Assembly: GCF_006345805.1 (NCBI RefSeq)
Contig: NC_043001.1
Coordinates: 127,348,001 to 127,412,000 of the forward strand
DNA from: Octopus sinensis
Taxonomy: Eukaryota
Length of the DNA: 64,000 nt
Reading direction: 5' to 3'
In this document: piece by piece, positions 39,498 to 52,467 of the stretch
Layout of the letters: each line of letters starts with the position of its first letter
Position numbering within the stretch: the stretch's first letter is position 1
Made by a program: the position numbers and the translations under genes
Notes under the pieces: model-generated
The model's database searches: none
Seen by the model: only the letters and a program-made list of their open reading frames with translations
Told to the model about the DNA's origin: nothing

Positions 39498-39727
39498 ATT
39501 TCTTTACTACCCACAAGGGGCTAAACACAGAGGGGACAAACAAGGACAGACATAGGTATTAAGTCGATAACATCGACCCCAGTGCGTAACTGGTACTTAA
39601 TTTATCGGCCCCGAAAGGATGAAAGGCAAAGTCGACCTCGGTGGAATTTGAACTCGGAACGTAACGACAGACGAAATACGGCTACGAATTTCGCCCGGCG
39701 TGCTAACGTTTCTACCAGCTCGCCGCC
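39498..39727 (-). mobile_element. SINE family B
   Basis: Full length. Confidence 0.88.
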
Positions 39728-39765
<38 letters not shown>

Positions 39766-39821
39766 AGAAACATTAAGCAGTGATGTGTATAAAGACAAAC
39801 TTCTTATCAGTTCAAATATAC

Positions 39822-39992
39822 TTGGGGCATATTCAAACTTGTAAGAAAGCCATTCAGTGTATTTTGTTGTGGAGAAAATTTCTTGCTGTATACAAATGGG
39901 TGTAAACACACCAAACCAGTTCAAAGTGCTCTCTAACCAGACCGATGGATAAATGCTTTTCAGAGAGGTTATCACTTCTTCAGCGTCAGACA
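39822..39992 (-). CDS. Candidate 171-nt phase 1-1 coding exon of an unidentified protein (SDAEEVITSLKSIYPSVWLESTLNWFGVFTPICIQQEIFSTTKYTEWLSYKFEYAP)
   Basis: Acceptor GTTCTCTTTCCAG, donor CAA|GTATAT, a single open frame, non-repetitive protein-like composition. No recognised homolog. Confidence 0.35.
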
Positions 39993-40281
39993 CTGGAAAG
40001 AGAACACTATGAACTGACAAGAGATAGATATCTTTTATTATATTTCCATCATTGTAATGAGACTGGCTTTACTAATCAGTGGCTCACTATAGATAAAATA
40101 CAAACAAACGCAGCACGCACACACACACACACACACACACTGTATAGGCACCGTTTTCATTTCAGAAGATTTCTTGCAAAAGATCAAATCCAAAGTTATT
40201 AAAAGCAAGATGTACAAAATTTTGGGTATCCCTCTGAGAAATTGTGTTTCGTGTACACAATTGTAAGTTATATATATATAA

Positions 40282-40500
40282 AGGTGGCGAGCTGGCAGAA
40301 CCGTTAGCGTGCCGGGCGAAATGTTTAGCGGTATTTCGTCTGTCGTTATGTTCTGAGTTCAATTCTGCGGAGGTCGACTTTGGCTTTCATCCTTTCGGGG
40401 TCGATAAATAAAGTACCAGTTTTGCAACTGGGGTCATTGTGATTCCTTTGTTCTTGTTTGTCCCCTCTATGTTTAGCCCCTTGTGGGCAGTAAAGAAATA
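40282..40500 (+). mobile_element. SINE family B
   Basis: Head, core and tail as in other B copies; inserted in (TA)n. Confidence 0.85.
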
Positions 40501-41317
40501 TATATATATTACAGCTCTCCAAAATTTTACCACCTACACTTATTTCCTTTAAAGATAACAAATATTTATTTCTATTATTAATACGAATACTAATTTGAAC
40601 ATAGAAAATGAATGTATGTAGGCAGAATTTACAAGCATTCGCTTAGATTGCCTCCCTTGCATATAAATGTCCCTTGAGAGTTACGTCCCCTAGATACTAA
40701 CTTATGAAACTGATATTTGAATGGTTCAAGCAGTAGGGCCAAATACCTCATGGTGTTTGATATTTTCTGCTCCATTCTCGCTGGAATCCATAAAATAAGT
40801 ATCTGTAAAATAATGGAATCAATACAATCGGCTACAACCCCTCTAGATTTGTGTCTTCTTTCATATGTAAGAAAACAGCATATTTGTAATCTTAATGTAT
40901 CTAAACATAATGCTGGTTTCAGATTTTGGCTCAAGGCCAGCAATTTCGAGGGAATGGGGTGAGTCGGTTAGATCGACCCCAATGCTCAACTGCTACTTAT
41001 TTTATCGACCCCGAAAGGATGAAAGGCAAAGACGACCACGACGGAATTTGGACCCAGAACGTGAAGACGGACGAAATGCCGCCAAGCATTTTGCCCGGGG
41101 GTGCTAACGATTCTGCCAACTCGTCGCCTTATATTTAAACATAATATTGAAAATAATTGTTGTAAAATTACGTAAGCAACTGCTGGGTCATAGTCGACTG
41201 AATTAACACCTCAGCATTACTAGTAGTTATTTCTATCAACGCCGGAGGAATATAAGGCCAAGTCCACCGGGTCGGGATTTGAACCTGCTCGTAAGTCCTA
41301 AATTAAATTCCATCAGG

Positions 41318-41675
41318 TAGGCACAGGATTGACTGTGTGATGAGAAGCTTGCTTCCCAACCACATGGTTCTTGATTCAGTCCCACCGCGTGGTACTTTCG
41401 GCAAGTGTCTTCTACTATAGCCTCGGACAGATCAAGGCCTTGTGAGTGGATTTGGTTGACGTAAACTGAAAGAGGCCACATATATATATGAGACGTTTGC
41501 CATCCCCCCACCACCACCACCGTTTGGTAACCAGTGTTGGTGTGTTACGTCCCCGCAAAAGAAACCGATAGAATAAGTACCAGGCTTTAAAATTTTTTTT
41601 AAGTACTGGGGTCGAACCATTCGTTTAAAAAGCTTTCAAGATGGTGTCCAAGCATGGCCGCAGTCTAATGAGAAT
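41318..41675 (+). mobile_element. SINE family A-related, diverged
   Basis: Recognisable head, CORE-like segment and tail. Confidence 0.75.
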
Positions 41676-42067
41676 ATAATATTTTATTGGGTGTTCTACA
41701 AGTTCTGCTGTATACTCCCCTAATAATTTTTCCTACTGCAGACACGAGGCCCGAAATATTAGAGGAAGGAGTTAATTGATAACATCGTCGCCAGTGCTCA
41801 ACTGGTTCATATTTTATCGACCTCGAAAGGATGAAATGCAAAGTCGATTTTGGCGCTACCTGAACTCAGAACATAAAACCGGAAGCTACTAAGCTTTTTG
41901 CCAGCATGCTAACGGTTCAGCCAGCTTGCCGCTTTTCTTCCCTAATAATAGTGAATGTCAAAATTTTCTCCCTCTCTGTTTTATTCTTTCTTCCACCCTC
42001 TCTCTTTCTCTCTAGTAGAAACACTCTGCCGCCACCCACTCTTTACCAGCATTTATATAATATATAA

Positions 42068-42342
42068 CCTAGTGGTTAGGGCAGCGGACTCGCGGTTTCG
42101 ATTCCCAGACCGGGCGTTGTGAGTGTTTATTGAGCGAAAACACCTAAAACTCCACGAGGCTCCGGCAGGGGGTGGTGGCGATCCCTGCTGTACTCTTTCG
42201 CCACAACTTTCTCTCACTCTTTCTTCTGTTGGCCTGCTCGCTTAGCCAGCGGGGTGGCGTCATTTGAAGACTAAAACAATGCGAAGCGCATTGTGACCAG
42301 CGATGTGTAACAACATCTGATAGCCTGGTCGGTCACGGTGAT
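42068..42342 (+). mobile_element. SINE family C'
   Basis: Matches the reverse complement of 23624-23924. Confidence 0.85.
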
Positions 42343-42464
42343 ATATTATTGATAAAAACGGTAAGATAACAAAAGAAAGAAAGAGACCTCGAAATTATGT
42401 AGAGGAATTTATCTGTAAATGTAATATGTGACAATTGTATATATAAATATATATATATATATAT

Positions 42465-42683
42465 ATTTCTTTACTACCCACAAGGGGCTAAACACAGAGG
42501 GGACAAACAAGGACAGACAAACGGATTAAGTCGATTACATCGACCCCAGTGTGTAACTGGTACTCATTTAATCGACCCCGAAAGGATGAAAGGCAAAGTC
42601 GACCTCGGCGGAATTTGAACTTAGAACGTAACAGCAGACGAAATACGGCTACGCATTTCGCCCGGCGTGCTAACGTTTCTGAC
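42465..42683 (-). mobile_element. SINE family B
   Basis: Near-consensus copy with a slightly truncated head. Confidence 0.88.
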
Positions 42684-43343
42684 AGATATATATAACCCGA
42701 CAATTATTCAAGTCTGTCTCTTGGGACGTTGGTAAGACTTAAATAATTGTTGAGAGACATCTCTCTCAACATGAAACCAATGGTAGTCTTGTTAACCCAT
42801 GAATAAGTGATATTTATCCCCTAATCCAGTGTTGAGCACTCTTTCTCACTATTCGATATATCTGAGCGAGCCAGAATACTTAAAGACTCCCTTAAACCCG
42901 ACTCGCTGAATACTCGCCAAGAAATATTCACACAGTTTATCCATTTCAAGTGCTACCTACAGTAAAATTGGGATTCCCCGTTCGCTGATTAAGCTCGTAA
43001 GCGTCCTTACGATCCGTTAGCAGGCCAAGAAATAGATCGTTATTCCTCAAATTGCTGATCTAGGGGAGATAACCAGTTCTCACCAACGCCGGACCTTTTA
43101 TTCTCTGGCGATTTTTTGACCAATTGACCGTAACAACTTTCTATATCCGAGAGGTGAAAAGTTATATTTGTCTTTGTAGAGTTAAATTTGTCTGATGAGC
43201 TGTCCACAAAGCTGCAGTTTTTGTGGCTGCAAAACCATTGGTCACTCTATGACCAGACTTTAACTTTATTGCTTCAGTATTTTACTGCTCTATACTTTAG
43301 TGGGCTTATTATTCGGGTATATGATATATTGACTATATATATG

Positions 43344-43729
43344 ATGGAAGCACTCCGTCGGTTACGACGACGAGGGTTCCGGTTGATCCGAATCAACGGA
43401 ACAGCCTGCTCGTGAAATTAACGTGTAAGTGGCTGAGTACTCCACAGACACGTGTACCCTTAACGTAGTTCTCGGGGATATTCAGCGTGACACAGAGAGT
43501 GACAAGGCCGGCCCTTTGAAATACAGGTACAACAGAAATAGGAAGTAAGAGTGAGAGAAAGTTGTGGTGAAAGAGAACAGCAGGGATCACCACCATCCCC
43601 TGCCGGAGCCTCGTGGAGCTTTAGGTGTTTTCGCTCAATAAACATTCACAACGCCCGGTCTGGGAATCGAAACCGCGATCCTATGACCGGGAGTCCGCTG
43701 CCCTAACCACTGGGCCATTGCGCCTCCAC
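43344..43729 (-). mobile_element. SINE family C
   Basis: Full length; TSD ACTATATATAT. Confidence 0.9.
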
Positions 43730-44074
43730 ACTATATATATATTGTTGACGTCATAAGAATTTCATAAACTTTCAAGAGTATGCGGAATATTTCTCCTTTG
43801 GAATAATTGTTCTCGAAGCAAACCACATACAGCTATAAAGAGCAGCATGTAAATATTTGGTTGAAAAACTCTTTGGGATTAATAACATAGAAGGATTGCT
43901 TCGGTTCAATGGTAGAACGATTGTTATGTCTACTGGAAATTGAGGTTCGTATCCCACGGTCAGCTTTCCACTTTTCCATTATGTGTGTGTGTGTGTAGGG
44001 AGGTTACGTCTTTGTGTTTTTGTTTCTCCTCACCGCTTGATAACCGGTGTTTGTTTTTTTATATGTATATATAT

Positions 44075-44413
44075 GAGACCCCCTTCGGTCACGACACAGA
44101 CCATGGGATTCCACCTAGAAAGTTACCCCCACCGCCGGCACAAGTCCGGGCAAGGTTGTTTATGGAAGACCACCAGTCGCCCATGCATACCGGCCTCTCC
44201 CCTCCACGCCACTAGTGTTATCCAAGGGAAAGGCAAAGGCCGATACAACGTGGCACCTGTGACGTCGCAACTCATTTCTACAGCTGAGTAAACTGGAGCA
44301 ATGTGAAATAAAATGTCTTGCTCAAGAACACAACACACAGCCCCGTCCGGGATTCGAGCTCACAACTTTACGATCGTAAGCTCGACTCTCCAACCACTGA
44401 TCCATGCGCCTTC
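44075..44413 (-). mobile_element. SINE family D (tRNA-headed CORE-type SINE)
   Basis: GAAGGCGCATGGATCAGTGGTT...TCGAATCCC head followed by TGTGTTCTTGAGCAAGACA CORE motif. Relatives at 10800-10945, 34282-34560 and 63935-64000. Confidence 0.75.
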
Positions 44414-44460
44414 ACACACACACACACACACACACATACATACATACATACATATATATA

Positions 44461-44502
<42 letters not shown>

Positions 44503-44839
44503 AAATGGGTTTCGTTTTAGTTTATATATTAAGCGGGAAACGACACTGGGCGGTGGCAGCCATCTACAACAACATGCAGAAATTCAAAGAATGACCGCAA
44601 GAAACACGTCCACCAGTTTGGCATGGTTCCACTGTATATGTATGGAAGATGGTCTACCAACGTCACGACCACCAATGTACCACCTCAAAACGAATGAGGA
44701 CGGGCTAATGCCAAAATTAGAACGGTACAGGGAAATAATCATCCTTTCGGGTCGATAAATTAAGCACCAGTTACGTATTGGAGTCGATCTAATCGACTGA
44801 CCCCCTTCCCCAAAATTTCAGGATTGTGCCTATAGAAGA

Positions 44840-44875
<36 letters not shown>

Positions 44876-45265
44876 CAGTAGTAGTTGTCCACCTTTACGT
44901 TCTGAGTGCAAATTCCGCCGAAGTCGACTTTGCTTTTTACTTTTCAGGATCGATAAAACAGGCACCAGCTGAACACTGGAGCTGGTGTAACCGAGCAGCG
45001 TTTGCATTAAAAAAATTTTCAGGCCTTGTGCCTATAGTGAAAACAAATTAGTGAGGAGTACTCGAGAAGGTAATCTCGGTGGGCAGGGTGGATCGGGATC
45101 TGTCGGGTTCATTGGTTGCCTCTGGGTGATGTTCCCTCATCTATTGGAGATGTTGTTTGCTGAGATGTTTTAGTAAATTATTAATGTTTTCGGGTTTTAC
45201 GTTTTCCCGCTGACTTTTGTATTGTCTCAAATGTTTTTGCCACGCTTGTATCCAATAAAGACAGA

Positions 45266-45313
<48 letters not shown>

Positions 45314-47430
45314 GTCTTTGCACAACTTCTAACGCTAGAGATGTACTACGGTGTCAGCTGTTCACTACCAGTGAATTAAGGTTTCTATTCTCCTTAAACT
45401 TCTTCCATATGTTGTCAGTTCCGTCCTCCATTTCGCCATACTTTTTCCAAGCAACTACTCAACATTCGATGCAATACAAAATAGGTTCAGACATTCCATA
45501 ATCCAAGAATGTGGGCTCATATCGTACGCCTTACGATAATCGATCTATGATATGGCTAAGTTAGTTTTCCTTCTCTTGCAGTCTCTAAGTAAAGTTTTGT
45601 CAACCAGGTGTTGATCCTTGGTACCTCTGCATATACGCTTGCAACTCTTGTGCTCGTGTGGCAGGACTTCATTTTTTCTAGATGCCTGTACATTGACTCT
45701 GCGACTATTTAAGTCAATAGTTTCCACATAAGTGGCAAACAGGATGTCGGCCTGTAACTGTCTACTGTTTTGCCTTTTCCGATGTTTTTCAAGCACAATA
45801 CTGTCGTACCCATTGTCAACTACTCTGGTGTTACTCGGTCGGCATTTGCGGCGAACTAGCAGAAGCGTTAGCACGCCGGGCGAAATGCTTTGCAGTATTT
45901 CGTCTGCCGTTACGTTCTGAGTTCAAATTCCGCCGAGGTCGACTTTGCCTTTCATCCTTTCGGGGTCGATAAATTAAGCACCAGTTACGCACTGAGGTCG
46001 ATGTAATCGACTTAATACCTATGTCTGTCCTTGTTTGTCCCCTCTATGTTTAGCCCCTTGTGGGTAATAAAGAAATAGGCATTTAACAAGGTGTTGAGCC
46101 GCGCAGCTATTCGCGCATGGCATTCACCAAATCTTTTGATCCAGAAGCCTTAAACTCCATCTGGTCCCGGAGCCTTCAAGTTGCCAATTTTTTTGCTGAT
46201 TTCCTTCACTTCCCTAAATGAAATGACTAGTTCTACCTGTTTTGGACAGACAACTGTTTATGTCCCTTCTTGCAACCATTCAGCATCATTCTTGTGTTCC
46301 TTGTCTTTGCTCCAGATGTCACTTCAAAACCTTTGACTTTCAATGTTATCTGGTATCAACTTTTCATCTGTACACTCTCCATTTATTTCTTTGTAGAATC
46401 TCTTCTGATCTACTCTGAATAGCCTATTCTCCTGGTATCCCTTCATTCTTTGATCGTATCTTACCATCTTTGCTTTCTTTTCAACTGGGCGTTATTTCAG
46501 TTCCTCCATTACCACTTTCAGGCCCTTTTTTTTCTGTATCATACTTCCTGTTCAGTGCCCTGTGCTTTTGTTCGCTTTTAAGCTTCCCCTTCTCTTTTCG
46601 CTCTAACACAGAAATGTCCTTCGAGAGTATATCTAACCCCGCCTGTATTCTTCTTTTCCACCATGGATCTTTTCTTTTGTCACTCCCATTATGTTTCTTT
46701 TTCTTGACATCAACACCCACATTTTCTGCTTTGATCAAATTATTTGTTTCTGTGATGTTTTTTTGTTTTGGTGTATTTCAGTATTTCATTCACATTTTTC
46801 TTTTCTAGGTTCAGTTTCCACCGACCAACATTTTTAAGGTTGCAAATAATGTGGCTATCGTCCCCCGGTAACCTTGCCTTTACGCTGTCGTAGATTGTGT
46901 TTTGCTCATCTGTTATGTCATCATTAGTTTTATAGTCATCTTCCAAACCATCTGTATGTTTCTCATCGAGCAAGTTATCGCTGTTCCTTTCCTGTGGTTC
47001 ATTAGATTTCACCTGTTTTCTGCTGTGAGATTACTTTTCTCAGTAGGAATTGTATTTTCATCGTTTCCTCTGCTGCTGTTTTCTTGGAAAACAGCTTTTG
47101 ATACCCGTCTTTTGATAGCTTCGTGCTCTGCTTCTGTGAACCAACGATTTTTTTCTTATTGCTCCAGCTTGATCAAATAATCTCTGTTCCGTGAGTTGAA
47201 ACAATCCTCTTTCTCTCCATTGATCATACATACGTTGTTGGTATCCTCTAATATGAGCGCCGTTTTCATCTACAGGGTTGCCCAGGTAGTAAGACTCCAT
47301 GACCACAGCATTGACTTGTTTGTTCCATTTACGCCGTATTTGCTGGTCCATTGCTGGTTAACGACAGGCTGGAGCCTGACCAGTATCTCTGAGCCTACCG
47401 GGTGCAACACTGTCACCATCAAAGGCTTCA
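45314..47430 (-). mobile_element. R4/Dong-clade non-LTR retrotransposon, decayed and internally deleted, interrupted by a SINE
   Basis: N-terminal RRKWNKQVNAVVMESYY..RGYQQRMYDQW..TEQRLFDQA; PWWKRRI; NRLFRVDQKRFYKEI; RT motifs [39 protein letters not shown]. The 3' end abuts (TAA)n at 45268-45313. Confidence 0.85.
45847..46080 (+). mobile_element. SINE family B nested in the R4/Dong element
   Basis: Full B copy; GGCATTT repeated at both junctions. Confidence 0.88.
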
Positions 47431-48050
47431 GTTTCATTACCACTGTTATTCACAATATTTTGTTTTTTCATTGTCACTCACATAAGGGAGCGATTATCGG
47501 GCTGCACAATTACCAGTGTTTTTATTGTGACACCATCATTAGATGTATCATCAATCAGGACATGGGGAAATTCCAACCGCTTCCTTTCATGATAATAATC
47601 ATCACTGATATTATTTTCATTATTTTACTATTTGAGTTTTGGCTGATTGTCATTAACACTTTCGTGTTAGTACTAGGCTCCGGGTCTTGTTTATTAGCGT
47701 AGACAATTTGAAAGAGCACCGCTTCTATAATTATAAACAAATAAATGTAGTCAAACAAAACAAAGAAACAAACAAAAAACTAATATCATCCCCTATTTTT
47801 TTCCGTGGGGGTATATATTTGTTTAATGCCGGGATGGGGTAGGGTATATATATCTATATCTGTTTAATGCTTTTGGGATCAATAGTAGTCTTCGTCGTTT
47901 GTTTTTATTCGATTCACTTATGTGTGTCTGCGCTTGTTTATACATTACTTAATGTTATTTTAAAATATTAAAATGCATTCATGTAAAACTGGTGTGCATA
48001 CGTAATTTAGTTTACGTACTTATGTGTTTGTGATGTGTACTTAATCGGAT

Positions 48051-48280
48051 TGGCGAGCTGGTAGAATCGTTAGCACGCCGGGCGAAATGCGTAGCCGTAT
48101 TTCGTCTGCCGCTACGTCCTGGGTTCAAATTCCGCCGAGGTCGACTTGCCTTTCATCCTCTCGGGGTCGATTAAATTAAGTACCAGTTGCGCATTAGGGT
48201 CGATATAATCGACTTAATCCGTTTGTCTGTCCTTGTTTGTCCCCTCTGTGTTTAGCCCCTTGTGGGTAGTAAAGAAATAC
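48051..48280 (+). mobile_element. SINE family B
   Basis: Near-consensus copy. Confidence 0.88.
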
Positions 48281-48641
48281 ATAGTCCAATATGTACGTAC
48301 TCGGATATAATCCAACACTTTTAATGAATATTACTTACTCGGGTGTAATCCAGCGCTTTGTTAGTCTGGCGTGCGTGTTTACACGTGTTGTGCGAATGAC
48401 GGAGGTAACAAAACAGTTAAAATACATCGTTTCATTCGGAAAGCAGAAATAAATTTCAATGAGTATTACTTACTCGGATATAGGCCAACATTTTGTAATT
48501 TATTTTAGACTCCATTTTGTTGTCTTTATTCCCGATGTTTTTGGTAGGTTTCGAATCAGAGCGATTATCATTCTTCTTCTTCTTCTTCTTCTTCTTCTTC
48601 TTCTTCTTCTTCTTCTTCTTCTTCTCATTATTATTATTATT

Positions 48642-48928
48642 GAGTGAGAGAGCAGTGCATGCCATCAAAGTGACACTGGGGTAAAATATACGAAGCCCAA
48701 TATACCCATCATGACTACCCGTCTGATAAGGGTACACCAGACACATGCATCACAACCATATGTGCGCGACATAGTAATCTAATATCAAGATAAACAGCAC
48801 ATGACCTTGCAGGTGGGGCCCAGTTAGAAATTTCTTCAGGTTGAGTAGCCCATCCCGCTCAAAAGGTCCCTGAATAAGGGTTGTTTAAGGATGTTGAAAG
48901 AACCACCCATGTTTCCAGAAGTGAATTA
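48642..48928 (-). mobile_element. (TAA)n-embedded ~290-bp non-autonomous element, third copy
   Basis: Matches 34587-34876; (TAT)n on both sides. Confidence 0.8.
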
Positions 48929-49295
48929 TTATTATTATTATTATTATTTTATTATTATTATTATTATTATTATAAACGCGGCGAGCTGGCAAAATCTTTA
49001 ACACGCTGGACCAAATGCTTAGCGGTATTTCGCCCGTCGCTACGTTCTGAGTTCAAATTCCGCCGAGGTAGACTTTACCTTTCATCTAATCGAGGTCGAT
49101 AAATTACGCACCATTGAATCGAATTATCTCCTGCTCCAAAATGGCTACCCTTGTGGCAAAATTTGAAACCATTATTATTAATACAGTTCTATATTTAAGA
49201 GATGAGGAATTATGTACATTATTTACATTATTTACAAGATGAGGACAAATATCCGTCAAATGTAAATAAAATAAATAATGACCATTATCATCATT

Positions 49296-49333
<38 letters not shown>

Positions 49334-50519
49334 TATTGAGTGATATGAGTACACCAGGCACATGCATCACAACCATATGTGCGCGACATGGTGATCTCGT
49401 ATCAAGATAAACAGCGCATGACCTTGCAGGTGAGGCCCGAGGCTATAGTAGAAGACACTTACCCAAGGTGCCACGTAATTGGACTGAACCCAGAACCGTG
49501 TGGTTGGTAAGCAAGCTACTTACCACACAGCCACTCATTATTATTATTATTGTTGTTGTTGTTGTTGTTGTTGTTACGAAGGCGGCAGCTGACAGAATCT
49601 CGGCACGCCAAGGAAAATGCTTCGCGCCATTTCGTCCGTCTTTGCGATCTGAGTCCATATTCGACTTTGCCATTCATCCTTTCGGATCGATGAAATAAGT
49701 ACCAGTTGAACACTTGGGTCAATGTAATCGTGTAGCTCCCTTCTCCAAAGTTTCAGACCTTGTGCCTAGAGTAGAAAGGATTATTATAATTATTAAGGCG
49801 ATGAGCTGGACAAAATGCTTATGGCATTTCGTGTCTTTACGTGGTCGACTTTGTCTTTCATCCTTTCAGGGTCGATATATTAAGTACGAGTTGAGCCCTG
49901 GTGTCGATGTAATCGACTATTCCCCTCCCTCAAAATTTCAGACCTTGTGTATATCGACGAAATGATTATTGCTCAGGCGGTTAGCTGGCAGAACCGTTAG
50001 CTCGCTGGACAAAATTCTTAGTAGCATTTCGTCCGTTTTTACGTTCAGGGTTCAAATTCCACCGAGGCCGAATTTGCCTTTCATCTTTTCGGGGGTCGAT
50101 GAAATAAGTAGCATTTGAGTTTTCCATCCCACAAAATTGCTGACCTTGTGCCAAAATAAGAAATGATAATTACTACTGTTGTTGTTGTTGTTGTTGTTGT
50201 TTATTAGACATCTTGCACGTATACATGCATAATTTATTATATACATACAAATATAATATGCTGACACCGACAAATGTTAGAAGACTTCTGTTGCTTCATA
50301 GATAAATTACGATATAAACGCTGCTGCCTGTTGATTTATGATGACATGGGCTTACCAAAAGGACGTTAACAGCTGACTCTCTCATTTGGAGTAACTGTTC
50401 TTTAATTATTTCTACTGGGTTAAATTGGAAATTAATGGAGATTACCTCAATTATTTTCTGCATGTTCTTATTTGCTTTTTATTATTATTCGCATGTGAAA
50501 TATCTCGGTCCTCCCCTTC

Positions 50520-50826
<307 letters not shown>

Positions 50827-50999
50827 GCACGTGCTTTTCTTTCACTTATTTTTGAAGTAGATCCGTAACCATTATCCTAATCTTTATCTTCCAAATTCTA
50901 GGCAATCTTTTAGAACGCATGCATGTACCCCTCAAACACGCGTACATGTACCTACGAGCGTAGTCACGCGCTTATAGATAAATGCCCACACTCATATAT

Positions 51000-51365
51000 A
51001 TGACTGAGTGGTAAAAAGCTTACTTCCAAACCACATGGTTCTGGGTTCACTCCCACTGCGTGGTAACTTGGGCAAGCGTCTTCTACTACGGCCTCGGGCC
51101 GATGAAAGCCTTGTGAATAGATTTGGTAGACGGAAACCGAAAGAAGCCTGCTGTGTATATATATGTGTGTGTGCGCGCGCATGTGAGTGTGTGTGTGTCC
51201 CACTACTATCGCTTGACAACCGATGTTGGTATGCTTACGTCTCCGTAACTTAGCGGTTCGGCAAAAGAGAACGGGAGAATAAGTACTAGGCGTACAATGT
51301 CCTAGGGTCAATTTCTTCGACTAAAGGCGGTGTTCCAGTATGGCCGCAGTCGGATGACAGAAACA
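51000..51365 (+). mobile_element. SINE family A
   Basis: Head, internal microsatellite and tail present. Confidence 0.85.
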
Positions 51366-51676
51366 ATATTCTGAGAAAAAGTATTTTTTCACCACAACAA
51401 AACATTTACACATACTCAGAAGTGTCTCTGTGGTAACTTGAGCAACTACAAATAACAGCCAAATCTCTCTTAAAACATACCCTTTCATCAAACGTAAGAC
51501 ACAGATTTACAGTATTTCAGGAAGAAAAAAAAACTATGTAATGGGTCTGCTATATCAAAGGCAACACTGGGCTAAATAAAACACAGACATACTTCACATT
51601 AAAAGATTATCTACCAAATGATACTAATAAACAATAATAAATCTCTGAGCGAGGTATTAACAGTAACTGCTCTATA

Positions 51677-52160
51677 ATATAAGCGGGATCAGCCATCTGA
51701 ATGTGGCTAGGGACAGGGCGGGGTGGTGGGGGTGTTACTGATGCATTTAGCCCCAGGCGACTATCGACGTCACCAGAAGAGCCGACACCATCACGGTGTC
51801 CTTGCTAGCCTGCAAAGGGAGATCAGCCTCACCGAAGATACGGATGCTACACACGGATTTTCTACGCCAGTGACTGTGGTTACTGTGAAAATCTATATAT
51901 ATCTGGCCTGTACAGGAAGTCCCTCAGCGAAGAACGGTGCTTGCCATGCGCTGACAAGAGGCAAATACCTCGAAACCGGTCCGTGTGTAGCATCCATATC
52001 TTCGGTGAGGCTGATCTCCCTTTGCAGGCTAGCAAGGACACCGTGATGGTGTCGGCTCTTCTGGTGACGTCGATAGTCGCCTGGGGCTAAATGCATCAGT
52101 AACACCACTACCACCCCGCCCTGTCCCTAGCCACATTCAGATGGCTGATCCCGCTTATAT
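51677..52160. mobile_element. Foldback: 181-bp inverted arms (51677-51857 / 51980-52160) around a 122-bp spacer; probable Penelope-like inverted pLTR
   Basis: About 3 mismatches between arms. Spacer contains TATATATA (51894-51901) and a hammerhead fold. Confidence 0.75.
51945..51987 (+). ncRNA. Minimal hammerhead ribozyme (G8A-mutated core) of Penelope type
   Basis: CAUGCG-CUGACAA-GAGG(CAAAUA)CCUC-GAA-ACCGGU-C-CGUGUG. GUC cleavage predicted after 51981. Confidence 0.65.
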
Positions 52161-52199
52161 GATACTAATAAAGTTGACCGTATATCTTCGAAATTTCAT

Positions 52200-52427
52200 T
52201 CCCTGGTAAATCTCTGTGTATCTTAAGATTGTTCAGGCAGAGTGGCCTCCCTTACTTCAAGACCTCAAAATTGTGCGGCTCGACCTCGTTTTCGAGGTTA
52301 TTTTTGTAGTAAAAAAAGAGTTATTGTGCAAAAAATATACTTTATTTGGTAGCCGAATGATTACTGAATATTTTGTACCTCATAAGTCAAAATCGGCAGC
52401 TCAGTTTTCGAATCTATAAGGAACATT

Positions 52428-52467
<40 letters not shown>

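Noticed and set aside
42700-43960. CpG-rich unique sequence with short open frames
   Set aside because: No recognisable domain, stops in all frames, no convincing splice pairs.
48298-48495. Three ~25-bp TACTCGGRTRTARKCCARC repeats with unique spacers (CRISPR-like)
   Set aside because: Degenerate, irregular spacing, eukaryotic context and no cas genes; more likely transposon subterminal motifs.
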